Source: Glycera tridactyla
Taxonomy: Eukaryota
DNA: 64,000 bases
NCBI GenBank assembly: GCA_965644265.1
Contig: OZ286459.1
Location: 53,878,001-53,942,000, forward strand
Reading direction: 5' to 3'
The translations under genes and the position numbers were made by a program. Under the pieces are notes generated by a model. The model did no database searches and was not told the origin of the DNA. It saw only the letters and a program-made list of their open reading frames with translations. Positions 24,741 through 38,743 of the stretch are shown piece after piece (position 1 is the first letter of the stretch; each line of letters opens with the position of its first letter).

Positions 24741-26299
24741 CTATGTTGGGCCCTTGAGTCTCTAAACTCAATCAAGTACTGTGATATTCCGTGAGGGCTG
24801 GGATAAGATTTGTGTATCAGGAGCAAATGGATCATTTATACCTGGGTGGCAAGAGAGTGCTGTGCTTGTACAATGTGACTTGATTTCCTGTGCTTCCATA
24901 CATTTGAAATAAGTATTTCAACATGAAAAGTGAAGTTCATATGACCTTTTGGATTCATATTGTTGATATGTGCCCTTTTGTAGAAGAAGAGTGCCTAATT
25001 GTACCTTCCGAACAGTAGAAATGTCTCTGGTCGATATGCTTTGAATGATGGCTCATTTGATCATGCTCGTACTCATACGGTGAGGGGAGAGGTGTGTATG
25101 GAGAGTCAAATAGCTCACTATAAAACAAAATGGTCAAATATACTCGATACTCACTGGTATAACTCTCATTTCACCACATCGTTTCATGGAAATCCTATTG
25201 TTTAGGTACAGCACTCTTTTGCCATGATAGCACGGAATGAAAATGCAGATCCATTCCTGTTTATGTATATGATCAAGGGCAATTCAGGACTTTGTAGTTA
25301 GGCTAGAAACAGACTTTCAATTTCGTCTGACAGAATTTGCCTATTTTCAGCCCAGCACAGCATTTTCATAGTTTAGTTCAGGACTAAGATTGGATAGGAT
25401 CGGGCTTTATTCTCTGGCCCAGTGACCTACTCTTTCACAAAAACCTCCATATCAAGACCAACCTGTCACTTTTGACCCCATTGGGTTTGGTTCGAGACTG
25501 AGATTGGATAGGACGGGGCTTTATTCTCTAGCCCTGTGACCTACTTTTTCACAAGAAATCTCCATATCAAGACCAACCTGTCACTTTTGACTACATTGAG
25601 ATATTTGTTCAATATTCAAGATTAATTCAGGTATCCCCTTCATATCGCAGAAAATTCTGTTTGGAACAGTTTGTGTGCTGGAAAATGAAGATTTTGTCGA
25701 ATTTTCTATCTCCAGAAAAGAAAGTCTGAAATATTCTTCACCTGATACAGTGAAGATGCATTTGCCAGATCCTCTTATCATGCAGACAGATGGACTTCGT
25801 TGTATTGCTGCCTGCTATTCAGCCTGGATGGAGCATCTGCAACTGGTAATCTTGCCAGTTTTGTTCATTGACCTCTTCGAACTTTGTCCTTCGCTCACAG
25901 CTGTGATATTTCTGGTGTCTGCCTCATCGATGAATCTGCTATTACATGGTTATGCTTGCTCACTGTATTCGACAGTTTTTTGAATTGATGTTGAAACATT
26001 TTGATTCATTGACTCATTAGTTGAAATAACTTGTAATACCATGCCATGCTATTGATTCAGTGGGATGATGTCTTCATACTGTGATAGATCTGGCAGAAAC
26101 AGTAACTAAGTGAACACAACAAACAAGCCAAATACATATACAATGTATATTGAATAAAATCTTAGAGTTGTAGTGACTATTCTTTCCAGAGTCTTAGTAT
26201 TGTGATTTAATGATGTTATCCCGAACAGCGTGTTGGGCACTTGTTTTTTCTATTCCAGTAGCAAACACCCTGTTCTGATGACGACATCGAAGTAATTGT

Positions 26300-26700
26300 T
26301 GAAGGTGACCGTGTGCACTCCCCATAGACAACCACGGGGATTGCCCACTTGGCTCGAAGTGAAGCGTGTTTATGGGACACCCCTTTCATACGCTGCCGCC
26401 TTATTCCCTTATGGGTAGGTAATCAACTAGCTGCCTGGTATCTTACTTATGTGATAGGTGAAAACCCCTTCGGCATACCGCCAGCCTTGTTGTTGCCCGA
26501 TAAGTAGTGTGCTATGTTGCTTATCCACCTTAGATATAGTTCACAAGGGATATCCTGCCTTGGTTCCGATGCACCCTCATAACTTGTCATGACGAGAGAT
26601 AGGTCTGAGTATCTGTGAAACTGTCCACAATCCCTCAACATATATCTTTGTCCCATCTAGAGAAGCGCATCTTCTACTGCATTCAGAGTACTCGTGTTAT
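26300..26700 (-). mobile_element. Possible highly decayed PLE RT-thumb remnant
   Basis: Minus-strand TDTQTYLSS resembles KPTDxxxYL; otherwise full of stops. Confidence 0.35.
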
Positions 26701-27949
26701 ATACCACTGCCCTATTGACTTACCGCATTTAGGAGCGGCTTCGACAGTGCCTTCACTGAGATGCATCTTCCACACTTCGTATCATCAACTTAAATTTTCA
26801 TATTTTGGTCATGATTCTGACATAAATTCCTTCTATGAATATTTTTGACTCTTCCCCCCCCCCCCCCTCCGGCAGGATTGGCAATTGATAAGTGACCAAT
26901 TTAACCTAGATGATCATCTAAGAATGAATTTCAGTGCTACTTGCACTTTTTGAAAAAAGATAATGTAGACTGGTGAATTGAATTGATTCGATTCAGAAGG
27001 CATATAAATGTAATAATTTGTGATTCTTAGCTCTAAACCTGTTGTCTCCTAACAAATGTTTTCATTCAACGGTGCTCCCAATTTGGGTTGTATTAAAATG
27101 CAGGAATAAACACAGGAAATGTGTGAAATGTGTGAATGAATGGGTGTGTCTTGACCAACCTATATTTTCAGTACATGTTTTTTTCTTGTCATCAGACATG
27201 AGAAGTTGCCCATGATAGAAGATGAATATGCAAGAAGACCAGTCATATTCAAACTGAGGCTACCAACAGGAGAATCGGGCAAACCTGGTGTCCTGGGATG
27301 AGCCGAAGAATGGACTCTATCTGGCCCACACATTGTAGAGGTCAATATAGGACAACCATAAACTTCAGATAAAAAGAGCATACTTCTAGTAGCCCGAGGA
27401 TAAAAAGGAACTCTAGGCAAATGAGTGTATTCCCAAACAGCCTGAATAAGCATGAGAAACTTGATATTCCTCAAGTCCTGTATGACGTTCTCACATAGTT
27501 CTATTCAATTCGATGTAGTAGTCATACAATTAGTCATCAAGCGTGTTGCACATGAGTGATTGTGTTATCTCATTTCTGTTTCGAAAAATGATAAGATATC
27601 ACACACGAGTATTTGTTTTCGGTTTCTGACATTACCCATGAGTTTTTCAGTTTGTTCTCGATATGGTGGGGCAATCCCGTGTATAAAAGAATACAAGCAT
27701 ATATTCTAATACATATGTATCTTTTCATACTCATGTCACGTATAATAAGAAATTTCATTCCATATATTTCATATTCATGTCGCGTATAATGACATGTTTC
27801 ATCAGATTATTCAATCAAATTATCAGCATACTGTTGAACTTGTGCTCATAGTTCGAATAACACAAAGCATATGGTGTAAATTCTGAATGCACTAGGATGA
27901 TTTGTGTGAGCCAAAGATTGATGAAAATCTGTGTTAAACTGTGCTTACC

Positions 27950-30413
27950 TAGCTAAACCATCTGCAGCAATGCTCCCTTCCTGAATGAAACACTGTGTTA
28001 GGGCATTTTGCGCTGATAAAATGTTCCAGGAGGAGGACCAATCATTATCAAATTATCAAGCAATGGCATGCCACGAACATATTTATTTGAGTGAAAGACT
28101 GGTGAGAAACCTTGAGAATTTATGTAAATCTAGCTCATCTCTGCATTTTCTAGTTGAACTTACAAATTCACAAATATGCGATGTGGAATTTCAATTTTAT
28201 GAATATTTGAAATGTGTTATAAATGGTGAGGCAATTAAAATATGTGGTTTGCTAAGATCGGGATTCAAACACATAGAGATCTTGAGCTACTTTGCAGTAT
28301 CAAAGAGAGCCATGTAGGTTAAATTCTGCTACTGATGAAGATTTGTTCGATTTTCTATGAGTTTTAGTTCTAGATACAATATTGGAGGGAGGAAATATGA
28401 TATATGTTGTTATGTGCTTGATATGGGCTTGAATGGATGCAGAACAAAGGATGGGCATGCCCTAAATATTTGGAAATGTTCATATATTGAGTTCAAATCC
28501 TGATATTATGATTGCATAGGTCGTTCATGTCATAATATGGATGACGATAATATGGATCTATTCAAAGATTCCCCAGGCGAGACCCTGATCAATAACTTCT
28601 GCCATGCAAATCAGTTACAACAATTAATAAAAGCTCATACTAGAGTCACATTATCCAGTAGAACAAATATTGACCGCATTTACATTTCAAATAAAGAGCA
28701 ATACCGCATGACAGGGGTCGGTGATCTGGGTCTTCCCGATCATGGGATGGTTCCATCATCAGAAGGAAAGAATGACAGAACAAAAAGAGCAAATTCCTCC
28801 TTTTGAGTAATTTCAAACATGCAAATTATGAAGCAACAGAAAAACAACTGCGTGAATATGATTACATGCATGTTATGGAGGATGATGGTCTAACTATTGA
28901 TGAATGTACGAACATTGTCTTCAAACGTATCAGCGAGGTCATAAATCAAGCTATTCTGCGCAAGCGATATCGGCTCAGAGACAGATGCCACAAATGAATG
29001 ACAGGCCATTATTTGGACCAAAAAAGATTTTAAGAAAAGGCCAGTAAGAAATTCAGACAGTCTCCTACTGAGACAAATAAACTAGAAAAAGAAAGCCTTC
29101 AAAAAGAAACACTAAAATTGATAAAGAAAATACCTGGATGAGAAACTTTCTGAATATAATGGGAATACTAGAATGACATAGAAAACTATCAAGGAATTCC
29201 GGAAGATAGGTAAATGTGATACTGAAACTGATAAAATCAATGAAAAAACAGATCCATTGATATCAGATCAATTGAATGACTTTTTTGTAAATGTTGGGAA
29301 AAATCTGTCTGAATATATTCCCGAAATGCCCGGTGATTCATTTGCATCACCCCCGACACACCTCGCAGATACATTCCCCTTAGACACCGTGGGGGAACCT
29401 TTAGTCCGAGAGGCTTAACCAGACAAATGCGGGGCAGGGTGACGGAGTGCCAGTTGAAATTCTAGTATCGTGTGTCGACATTGATGCACCCTCATTGACG
29501 AGAATATTCAATTTAGGCATTAGGGAGGGTATTTTCCCTGACCTTTGCGAGGTTGTAACGATTGCACCCTTATATGAGGAGGGAGATCGCTTACTGCCTA
29601 AGAATTACCTCCCTATTAGCTTGCTTTCGGCAACCAATAAGCTATCCGAGCGCTAGATACATGTACAGATATATGATTACGTGGAGCGCATAGGTCTGCT
29701 GTGTCGGGAGCAATCTGGCTTTAGGAGGGGTCGTTCCAGTGGCACTTGCCTGCTCGAATATTTAGATAATATTCATCAAAATATTGAGCATGGGAGGGCC
29801 ACTGGAACGATCTTTCTTGATTTAAAGTAAGCCTTTGACATGGTAAGCCATGCGCTCCTCGTGAAGAAATTATGTAGATATGGTTTTGTTATTTACCTGC
29901 CCACAAGGAAATGTGAGACCGAAGTGGGATCAACTATCTCCGACAGGTTGCCTATACTGTGTGGCGTCTTGGGTCAATCATTTTTCACTCTTTATATAAA
30001 TGACCTACCAGAATACCTGAGAGATGCAACCAGAAAGTATATATTTATATCGCCTTCTGCTCCACAGGATGCCGGTGAAGTTAAAACCAACCCCTATGCT
30101 GATGATACGGCGATCAGTCTGTCGAGAAACTCCCCTGAATATTTGAAGGACAGTATATCTTCTCTTCTGACCATAGTAATGAAGTTGATGAGCATTATTG
30201 AATTATCCCTCAATCTTGGTTACCAATTGAACAGAAATTATCTTCAAAGGTATCACTGACTTCTGGCGAGGATGTGCTGTGCAAGCAAGGTCAAACCAAA
30301 TATATGTAAATCATGCTGGATCTGAAATTGAGTTTCAACAGACATATTCAATATATATATATAGTCGTGTCGGCAACCGAGTCAGGCGTCTTTCCACGTC
30401 TACTAATAATATA

Positions 30414-30475
<62 letters not shown>

Positions 30476-30810
30476 GTCGAAGGTTACAGGGAAAATTGTA
30501 ATGCTACGCCATCTCAGGCAGTATATTAGTGAGGACACGTCTTTGATGTTATATCTATCATTGCCTACGGAGACGTAGTCTTCAACTGTTCTCCACAACG
30601 TGACTCACAAACCCTGACTGAATATAAGCTGGGTTTTTCACTCTCACTCTCATAAGCATTCATACTCATATCATCTCATCTGATTCATTTGTTAATATTC
30701 AACTCACACCATCTATATTGTACCTATTCAGATAGGGGTCCAGGAAACGGATACTTTCCTTCCAGTATGTAATTGCTATGACGAACTTACATAAAGTTGT
30801 TTGAGTTTAA
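27950..30810 (+). mobile_element. Near full-length decayed CR1-group LINE (ORF1 remnant, APE endonuclease, RT)
   Basis: ORF1-like HIYLSERL; endonuclease TRVTLSSRTNIDRIY...LPDH; RT NYLPISLL, QSGFRRG, AFDMVSHALL and PYADDT; (TA)n expansion at 30411-30470. Confidence 0.85.
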
Positions 30811-31289
30811 GTCCCCCCCCCCCTCCCCCATCATGATATCAAGATGTCTTACCATTGAGATATCAGGTTGGAATCAGATCGATGTGTCGAGCATGGTGTG
30901 TCGAGAGTGGTGGAATGTACGCATCATTGCAATGAGTACACAAATGTGTGTTTTATACTCATATTTGTGAAGACACTGATTATGCTTTTGCATCTTCGCT
31001 TTTGCAATTTGCTTCATGATAATAAGAAGCACTTTTTTCTGAAGATATGCTATAGCTTTGCTAACCTTCGCTTTCGCATTTATGATGATGATATTGTGGG
31101 AGAATTGGGGCTTCTAGATAATTTATCGATACCAGAGAGGGGGGTGATTGTCACAACCTTTGGTTGGGAATAAATAGGTATCTGAAACTATCTCTCTCTC
31201 TTTGAGTCCTCAAAATCTGTTATTTGATTAAAACTATCTCCATATATCAACACAATTCGATGCATTCAATATATCTCCAAGTTGAACTT

Positions 31290-31800
31290 GATTTAGTTAT
31301 CGGGTAAATTTATCTGTACCAGTCAATCTGATCACACATTTCTTCAGACAAATAATATACAAACGACTTGATCAACAAGGATAGCACTGTATGAAAATAC
31401 ACAGGAAAATCCCGGTAACCTTTTCTTGCTATGTTTGGATAAGCTCACCCGGAATAGGTATTTGCTATTAGCCAATGAACAATCAATCTGGAACCCAATG
31501 GGTGATACCTCAAACAAAGACTGATGACCCATTTGAAAGGATTACAATTGGGTAGCAATGCAGATTCGGAAAGAGGTCCGGGAGGGTTTTCCTTCTATTT
31601 CAATTTAATTTGGATAGCCTCTGTTTTGGATACTTAGAAAAAGGGGCTGGTAGAGTGTGTCGATATCTGGGGAAAATCAGCAGAACCATGAGCACCTGTG
31701 GATTTGGCTGCTTATTTGTTCCTGGTTCCCTGGTATTAGTCTCACACCCATATCAATGGGTGGATGTTGAAATCGTTATCAAAAGGACCCATTGGAGTTT
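31290..31800 (-). mobile_element. Older PLE linker/GIY-YIG fragment
   Basis: 31640-31790 is homologous to 32750-33000 (agaaccatg..ctgtggatttggctgc; ccctggtRttagtct); minus-strand SSRLYIICLKKC motif. Confidence 0.55.
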
Positions 31801-31841
31801 GGGTGCTGCCCTTTTGATTTTCAGAGAAGGTATCTTGTATT

Positions 31842-32340
31842 GAATCAAGAAATATTGGGATTAACATCAATTAAGAAATATTGGGACTCAAATCAATCGA
31901 AGAATATTGGATTCACATCAATCAAGAAATATTGGGATTCACATCAATCAAGAAATATTGGGATTCACATCAATTAAGAAATATTGGGATTCACATCAAT
32001 TAAGAAATATTGGGATTCACATCAATTAAGAAATATTGGGATTCACATCAATCAAGAAATATTGGCATTCACATCAATTAGGAAATATTGGTATTCACAT
32101 CAATCAAGAAATATTGGCATTTACATCAATTAAGTAATATTGGGATTCACATCAATTAGGAAATAATGGGATTCACATCAATCAAGAAATATTGGCATCC
32201 ACATTAATCAAGAAACATTGGGATTCACATCAATTAAGAAATATTGGCATTCACATCAATTAAGAAATATTGGCATTCACATCAGTTAAGAAATATTGGC
32301 ATTTAGATCAATCAAGAAAAAGTGGCATTCACATCAACCA
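31842..32340. repeat. 26-bp AT-rich minisatellite, about 19 copies
   Basis: Unit atcaagaaatattgggattcacatca. Confidence 0.95.
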
Positions 32341-32469
32341 TCAATCATTGCCATGTGTGGTGGCGTGTGGGTTTACTCATTTGCACCTGATCTATTATGG
32401 CGTCTCATGAGTGTAATGCAACGTAATGTAGTTTTGATGGGTTTAGGGATTTGGGTTTTCTCTAGTATC

Positions 32470-33000
32470 TGGTTTTTTTTTTAGGTCAAACGTTTCTTGT
32501 CCATTGTATTAATGACCGCAGATGGAATGTATCTTGTTCGTACCAGATACTGCATGCCATATTTGTTGCATTTGATGCAGGATATCAGATTGCTTGAATC
32601 ACATCTCATGTTCATCTTCATTGCACATTGATGTTTATCGTAGTAGCTAGTGACGTGTCCTGATTCGTCAAATGTATCGCAGTACTTTTCCTTGTGCATG
32701 CATTACATTTTCGGCTGATGAGGTCTGCCATCCTTGTTTTGGGTTCTGCAGGGTACCTTGGTATCCGGTCGAAAGTCAGAAGAACCATGGGCAGCTGTGG
32801 ATTTGGCTGCCTGTTGGCCCCTGTGACTCCAAGGGGCTTGGCAGGGGCTCGAGGGGGGGGGCTCTCAGTATCCATGACGGACAGTCTTGTGTCCACCGGT
32901 AGGGGCTTTCTTGGGCCCCTGATGCCCGCAAATTGTGATGTTGGTACATGTCAGGTCAATATTGGTGCCCTGGTGTTAGTCTTACACCAATAATGATGGG
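32470..33000 (-). mobile_element. PLE linker/GIY-YIG fragment with an internal deletion
   Basis: KYCDTFDESGHVTS...CDSSNLISCIKCNKYGMQY fused to PSAVINTMD. Confidence 0.7.
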
Positions 33001-34249
33001 TGGATTGTTTGTCTGTTTGTAAAAGTTGTATTATATAACCGCAAGACAATACAGTTGTATTAGATGCCTACATAGCAACAACAGAATAGAACTTGGATAA
33101 TTATGCAATGTCAGTAGGTATATACAGTAATAATTTGAGATTGCCATGATATTCAGTCAGGATGGTGACAACTGGCAGTGGGATACAAACTAAGTTCTAG
33201 CCGCTCTATTGCTGTCACGCATTACACCGGGTACAAACCAATGGTTGACATTACACCAGGTAGATGAGTAGATCAGTGCGACATCCTCATAATTCGGTCT
33301 ACTCATATTTCAAAGAAACACTCCTGCATATGCTGGCAGACGGAGTGATTGGCAGAAGAGGAAAAGCTGAGTCTTAGCCTCTATAGCAGTAGCAATCATC
33401 AATACTCCACATAAATACAAGGATCATAGCTGCATTGTCCTTGGGCTATGCCATCTCACAGACTAGAATCCGGCCACTCGATTCATGGCAGAAAAGAAGA
33501 CAAATAGCACACAGTTACATGTAGAACTCTTCCAAATGATGCAGGACCCTTAGTGATAAGTAACAAGAGATATCAGAAAATATTGATGGCCTGGGATGTA
33601 CAAATAATCAACCATGGCAATAGAAGACAATTTGAATTCTAGCTTGGAGCGAAGGTGATTCCTTTCCATTCTAATCCTAAAGTGTAGAGAAGTAATTGAT
33701 GTCCGTATCTCATGAGGTGATACCTCCTCTGGTGCGAATGTTGTTCTTTCCAACTAGAGATAAAATTTTGGCACATATAATTCCCCCATTGAACTTTGCC
33801 TAGTCATCCTGGTGCTGAAGTCCGAGCTGAGATTGAATATTCTACGCACAAGGCATTAGAAACAAATGAGGTCATGCTACAGCTTCTAAGCTCATGCAGA
33901 TAAGTAACATCAAATTTCAAATACAAGGCAGAAGTAGAATGAAAGAAATATCTCCATGAACAGCACGCAGCAAATTTGTCAGGGCAACTCGAAAGCAGTT
34001 GAGTTCTGATTGATGGTGATGTAATTATCAGGGTGTGGGCAGCAGCCCCCTTGTGGACTTTGGAGGAGCTATCTTCTGTTGAATGGAGAAAAAAAACATG
34101 GCTATTGTGATACTCATTAGCCATCACTCAGTGCCGTGTGTGCTGCCATGTGGGGCTGATCATTCACACCTGTTATCACGTCTCGTTGATGTAAGAAAGG
34201 GCATGTTCAAAATTTCTGATGGTTTCGAGTTTTTTGCAGCGTTCGGTCT

Positions 34250-35300
34250 TTTTTCGAAGTCAAAGGTGTGCTATCCATTGTGTTGATGCCCATGGGTGGC
34301 ATGGTACGTAGTTGATGCATCCGAAAGATGTGTCTATATCTCGTTGCTTGTTTTACTATCTGGGGGAGCGTAAATAAAAGCATCTGTTCCCCTGTATTTT
34401 TGGGAGTCGAAGTGTCTAGCAACATCATTATTTAGTGTTGCATATTCACGTTTATTGTTGTAGCTAGTAATGCGTCCTGATTGTTGAGAATGTTGCAGTA
34501 CCTGCAACTTTTCCCCACGTATCCATTACTTGTTTCGTCTCATTAACCAACTAGTTTTTCAGATTCGGACTCATTCGAGTCAGAGGAGCTGGCTGTAGGG
34601 AAGGATCAGTTTCATGTCAGGTTTGCTGATGATAGATTTATGTAGTTTTGACTGTCCGTCGGTTTTGTGTATAGGTAAGTGTGCTCAGTGCCTCCTTCAT
34701 TAAGATGGATAGTTGTGTTTTTTGTCATGTTGCCACCAAATGAAAACAATGTCATCAATGTATCTGCGTTGGAAAAGCGATTGTTCCGCATATGTGTATA
34801 CTCGAAGTTGCTACTCGGGTTTCTACTGCAGTTCCTCCAACTAGCTTCAGCTAATTAGAAATCATTCAAAGTGAGTAAATATTCAAGTAACATCACGAGG
34901 GATTTATTGTATGCTTCATGGCTTTCTGTCGGTTTTTGTTTGAGAAGGTTTCCACTGACCTGATGCCTTAATTGTTGGCAATATTGGTGTGTAGGCTGGT
35001 CACGTCCATGCTGATTAGTAGGCTTATCTCAGATCATTTCCTTGCTATTGATTCTAACTTTCGCAGCGAATGGCGTGCATCCTTTTCTAGGAGGGGTTAA
35101 AGAAAATCTTCCACCTATTCTTAGATGCACACTCATACGCAGATATGATCGGTCTGCCTGGAGGGTTGACTTTCTTTCTTGTCGATTGAAAGAGGAGATG
35201 TCCTTGTCTTTCTTATCTTGATGATCTTGTATGTTTTTTTTTCTTCAGAACTACGGCTGAGCGTCTGGCTGCTGATTCACGGAGGGCATTAAAATTTCAT
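34250..35300 (-). mobile_element. Decayed Penelope-like element (RT and GIY-YIG remnants)
   Basis: Minus-strand LISMDVTSLHTNI, RRYIDDIVF (34751-34762), KSCRYCNILN and LRTMPPMGINTMD, with many stops and deletions. Confidence 0.8.
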
Positions 35301-35383
35301 TTTGGTGGATTTTGAGGGTATTGGTTGGCAATATTTATTTTGGTCAATTTTAGTTCATTTACTTTGATCATAGCTTGGCAGCA

Positions 35384-35695
35384 TCAGTAAGGTTGTCTTT
35401 TGCCTACTGATTCAGTGTCATCACGTAGTTTTGCCGCATGTGGTGCATCCGGAAATGCATTATTGAAGTCCAGAACATGAATCTTCATGTTCTCCCTTCC
35501 TTTGTGGTCGGGGAGTTTGAAGTGGCTGCTGATATCAGTCTGTCGTTTGTCGTTTTTCGACTGGATGCTGTTCATATTGGCCTGGAGACGGTCCATACAC
35601 CTCAGTTTTGTTCGCCACACATACTGTTTTTTGCATTTTTCACAAGAAATGCAGTATATCAGCAAAGGGAAAGGTCGTGTTTACGTCCACCCGAT
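35384..35695 (-). mobile_element. PLE GIY-YIG endonuclease fragment
   Basis: LIYCISCEKCKKQYV...ISSHFKLPDH...KIHVLDF, closely paralleling the GIY-YIG domains at 37.3 and 40.3 kb. Confidence 0.85.
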
Positions 35696-35705
35696 ATATA
35701 TATTT

Positions 35706-36668
35706 AGGTAGACATTGGAAATTCTATGAAAAGGGTGAACAACAGTTAAAAGAAATATGTTAAAAACAAGAATATATCCAGACCCGGTTGATCTCTAGGA
35801 CATTCACATCAATATTTTGATGGGACTCCACTTTTCTAAATAATCAAAAAACGATTGAACTTTGATTTTCCTTCATTTGTTCCAGCTTTTCCTGGACATT
35901 TGTACCCTTTTTATAGAATCCCATGCTCCCTTCAGGGGGTGTCCTGCTCATCTGGGACTTTGCCACGTCACATGTTTACAAAACCTCTCTCTTATCCAGC
36001 CTTGAAAGAGCAGGTCTCCTCTTGGAGTCAAAGCCATCATTTTTTTTTACCTACCAGGGGGTTGCCTCTTTCAACCAAAAAGCGCTAACCTGGGAAAACT
36101 ACCTTTTTTCCATGATTTTTCTGAAAAATTATGACCTTGGACATGTCTGCAACTTGGTTTTTCACCAAGAGGGTCGGTCATTCTTTCAGTGATCACTCCC
36201 TGTAGAGGTTTGAATGTTAACCAATCTCTTTTCACCACTGATCCATAATTCCATGGGACATGTGGGGGGGGGGAATTCCACCCCGAATCGGGGAGAAACA
36301 GACACTCATAACAACGGGGGCGGGCTATGGTACTTGCACTGTGTTCACCAGGACATGTGTGTGGGATCATGCCCTTTAGGGTTGTGAGTGTTTGGGATTG
36401 GAGCGCAGTATTTTCTAGACGTGCCTGATGAGGAGTGTTATCTCCAAAACTGAGAAGATGGTCATCAAATCACGCCAATTTGATATTTTATGACAACCAC
36501 TTTACATCAAAAGGATTGATGGATAGAATCTGATGAATTTCAAAGTCTTGAAGTTATCCTTCAACTACCGATGCGCTACCTGGTCTTATATAAGGTGGAA
36601 TTTGAACTTGTCAGTTCATAATCCTTCAGTCGCAGAGAGGATCAATTTCACTTTTGCCTTGTCGCATC
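35706..36668 (+). mobile_element. Non-coding 3' end of a further Penelope-like element (carries hammerhead A)
   Basis: Shares cccttt..agggttgtgag upstream of the core and the TATA-ttgaac-gttca-cttcagtcgca-gagagga-ttgccTYgtcg tail with the 3' end of the 36680-38748 element. Bounded by TA tracts. Confidence 0.6.
36411..36641 (+). ncRNA. Split type I hammerhead ribozyme, copy A (core G12>A, probably inactive)
   Basis: CTGATGA 36425-36431; stem II GGAG/CTCC; AAAA at 36446 instead of GAAA. Stem III ACTGAG (36449-54) pairs with TTCAGT (36625-30); GTC cleavage after 36631. Stem I is TGC/GCA, an internal loop, then TTTTCT/AGAGGA. Confidence 0.65.
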
Positions 36669-36679
36669 ATATATATATA

Positions 36680-38743
36680 GGTGGGTGTGGACAGAGATCT
36701 ACACAAAACCAACTGACAGTCACAGTTATTTGCATTATACCTCAGCACACCCGCCACATATGAAACGGAGTCTACCTTTCAGTCAGCTCCTCTGAGCAAG
36801 GAGGATCTGTACCAGGGAGGTAGACTTCGAAAAACACTGTGCAATTATGGTGGGGCATTTTTTGAGGAGAGGCTACCCTTTGGATTTACTAGAGGAAGCC
36901 CTTGACCGGATGCAGAAGAAGGACCGGAAGGAGTGCCTCATTCCGAAGGAGAAGATGGATGTGGAAGAAGATGATAGATTTTTTCTAACGACCACGTTCA
37001 ACCCAAAAAACGACCCGAAAAGAAACATAATCAGGACGAACTGGGAGGTTTTAGAGAGGTCATCTGCCACAAAAGACATTGAGCACAGACAAGTGGTCTT
37101 CGGATACAGAAGAGCGCCAAACCTGCAGAGCACATTGGTCTGAGCCAAATTATTGGCGGTAATCGGAGAAGAGGGAATGTGCAAACCGAACAGCGAAACT
37201 CGGAATGTATGCAGAACCAAGAACTGTAACCATTGCAGGGTCCTAGACCACTGTGGAAGAATAAAAAGCACGTTCACTGGAAAGGAGTATACGTGCAAAA
37301 TGAACTTTACCTGTAAGAGCTCAAACCTGATCTATTGCATACACTGCAAGCGCTGCAACAAATAGTATGTTGGGCAAACGAGCACAAGCATAATGAAGAG
37401 ACTACAAGGACACTTTGATAGAATCAAGAGAAACATAACAGAAGATGATATCGGCCACCATTTCAACCTGGACGAACACCAGGGTCAGAGTGATGTTTCT
37501 CTCTTTGCCCTTGACTTCATTTACACTGACCCGCAAGCGACATACTCCAAGTCCTTGCGCTTACTGATAGAAAATTACTGGATCCACAGATTAAGAACAA
37601 TGAGACCCATGGGACTCAACACCATGGTCACCATAAAAACACACAGCAGCTTCTATAAAAACACCAGGAACTGGCGATCTTATAAACAAGGGAGAAAATA
37701 AAATCATCTAAAACGACAAAAATTTACATGACCCCCCTGTACACATGAGAACCAGGGTTTTTTTTTGACAATAATACAAAATTGCACACAGTCTGGAGAA
37801 TGAACCATCTTGTGCAGTTAAATATTGGGAACCATTAATTGGTTCCCTATCTATACAATCCCTCGATACAGACCATCTAGAAAGTCCTGCCTCGTCACAA
37901 AATTTCATCATATACTGAACTTTCTTGATGATTTGTGGAAAGCCATCCTTGTCACTTTATATACCCACAGGAATCAACATCCTCAGAACGCTGGCACCTT
38001 TGAACATTTTTCAAAGGTGCCAAACACTTGGGACATCTCCAGTCCAACCACCAAACCTTTATATGGGAATTCGCCAATCCCATAATTTATTTTCACACTA
38101 GTGTCCACGCCATTCGCACTGATGGATCAAGGGAACGCTGGATTTGGGAGGAATGGCCCACCACGTCACTTAGGTGGCTTGGTGGGCCATTCCGCTCAGA
38201 TTGCTGGGGAAATAAATTTTGGGCCGCTCTCACTCACCATGGGAGGGCCCCCGGCCAATGCATTTTTGGCCCAGTTGGTGGGTGATTAAACCCTTCTTTT
38301 AGGTTGTAAGAGAAAATCCCCCCATAAGCAGCCGAAGGGTGACCGCAGATGACAATTGTCTTTGCCTGATGAGGAGCACTGACTCCGAAACTGAAGTGGA
38401 TGGTATAAGACTGCTTATTGAGTCCTCTACTTCAATTCAAATTGAACTTCCATCATGGACTTTAATTTGTGGACACAGGTCAAATTTGAGCTGAATTGGT
38501 TCATCTGAATCCCACCCAAGGGACTTGGGAACATCCAATGTGAACTGTTGCCCTTCTTTTTGAAGACAATACTTGTGCGCACTGTCGCCAGCTCCGCATG
38601 CACATGACGCTTTTGTGCCTAGCAACAGTGGCCTGTCTCCAAGGGGAAAGACATCGCGTTCATTGGGTATATAAAGGTGACGCTTGAACGAAACGTTCAA
38701 ATCACTTCAGTCGCATGACGCGAGAGGACCCATTGCCTCGTCG

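Noticed and set aside
37141-37143. In-frame TGA in a PLE ORF as selenocysteine
   Set aside because: The position corresponds to Arg (VRSQ in the 40.1-kb copy), consistent with CGA>TGA decay. The other stops are TAG/TAA replacing Gln, and no SECIS was seen.
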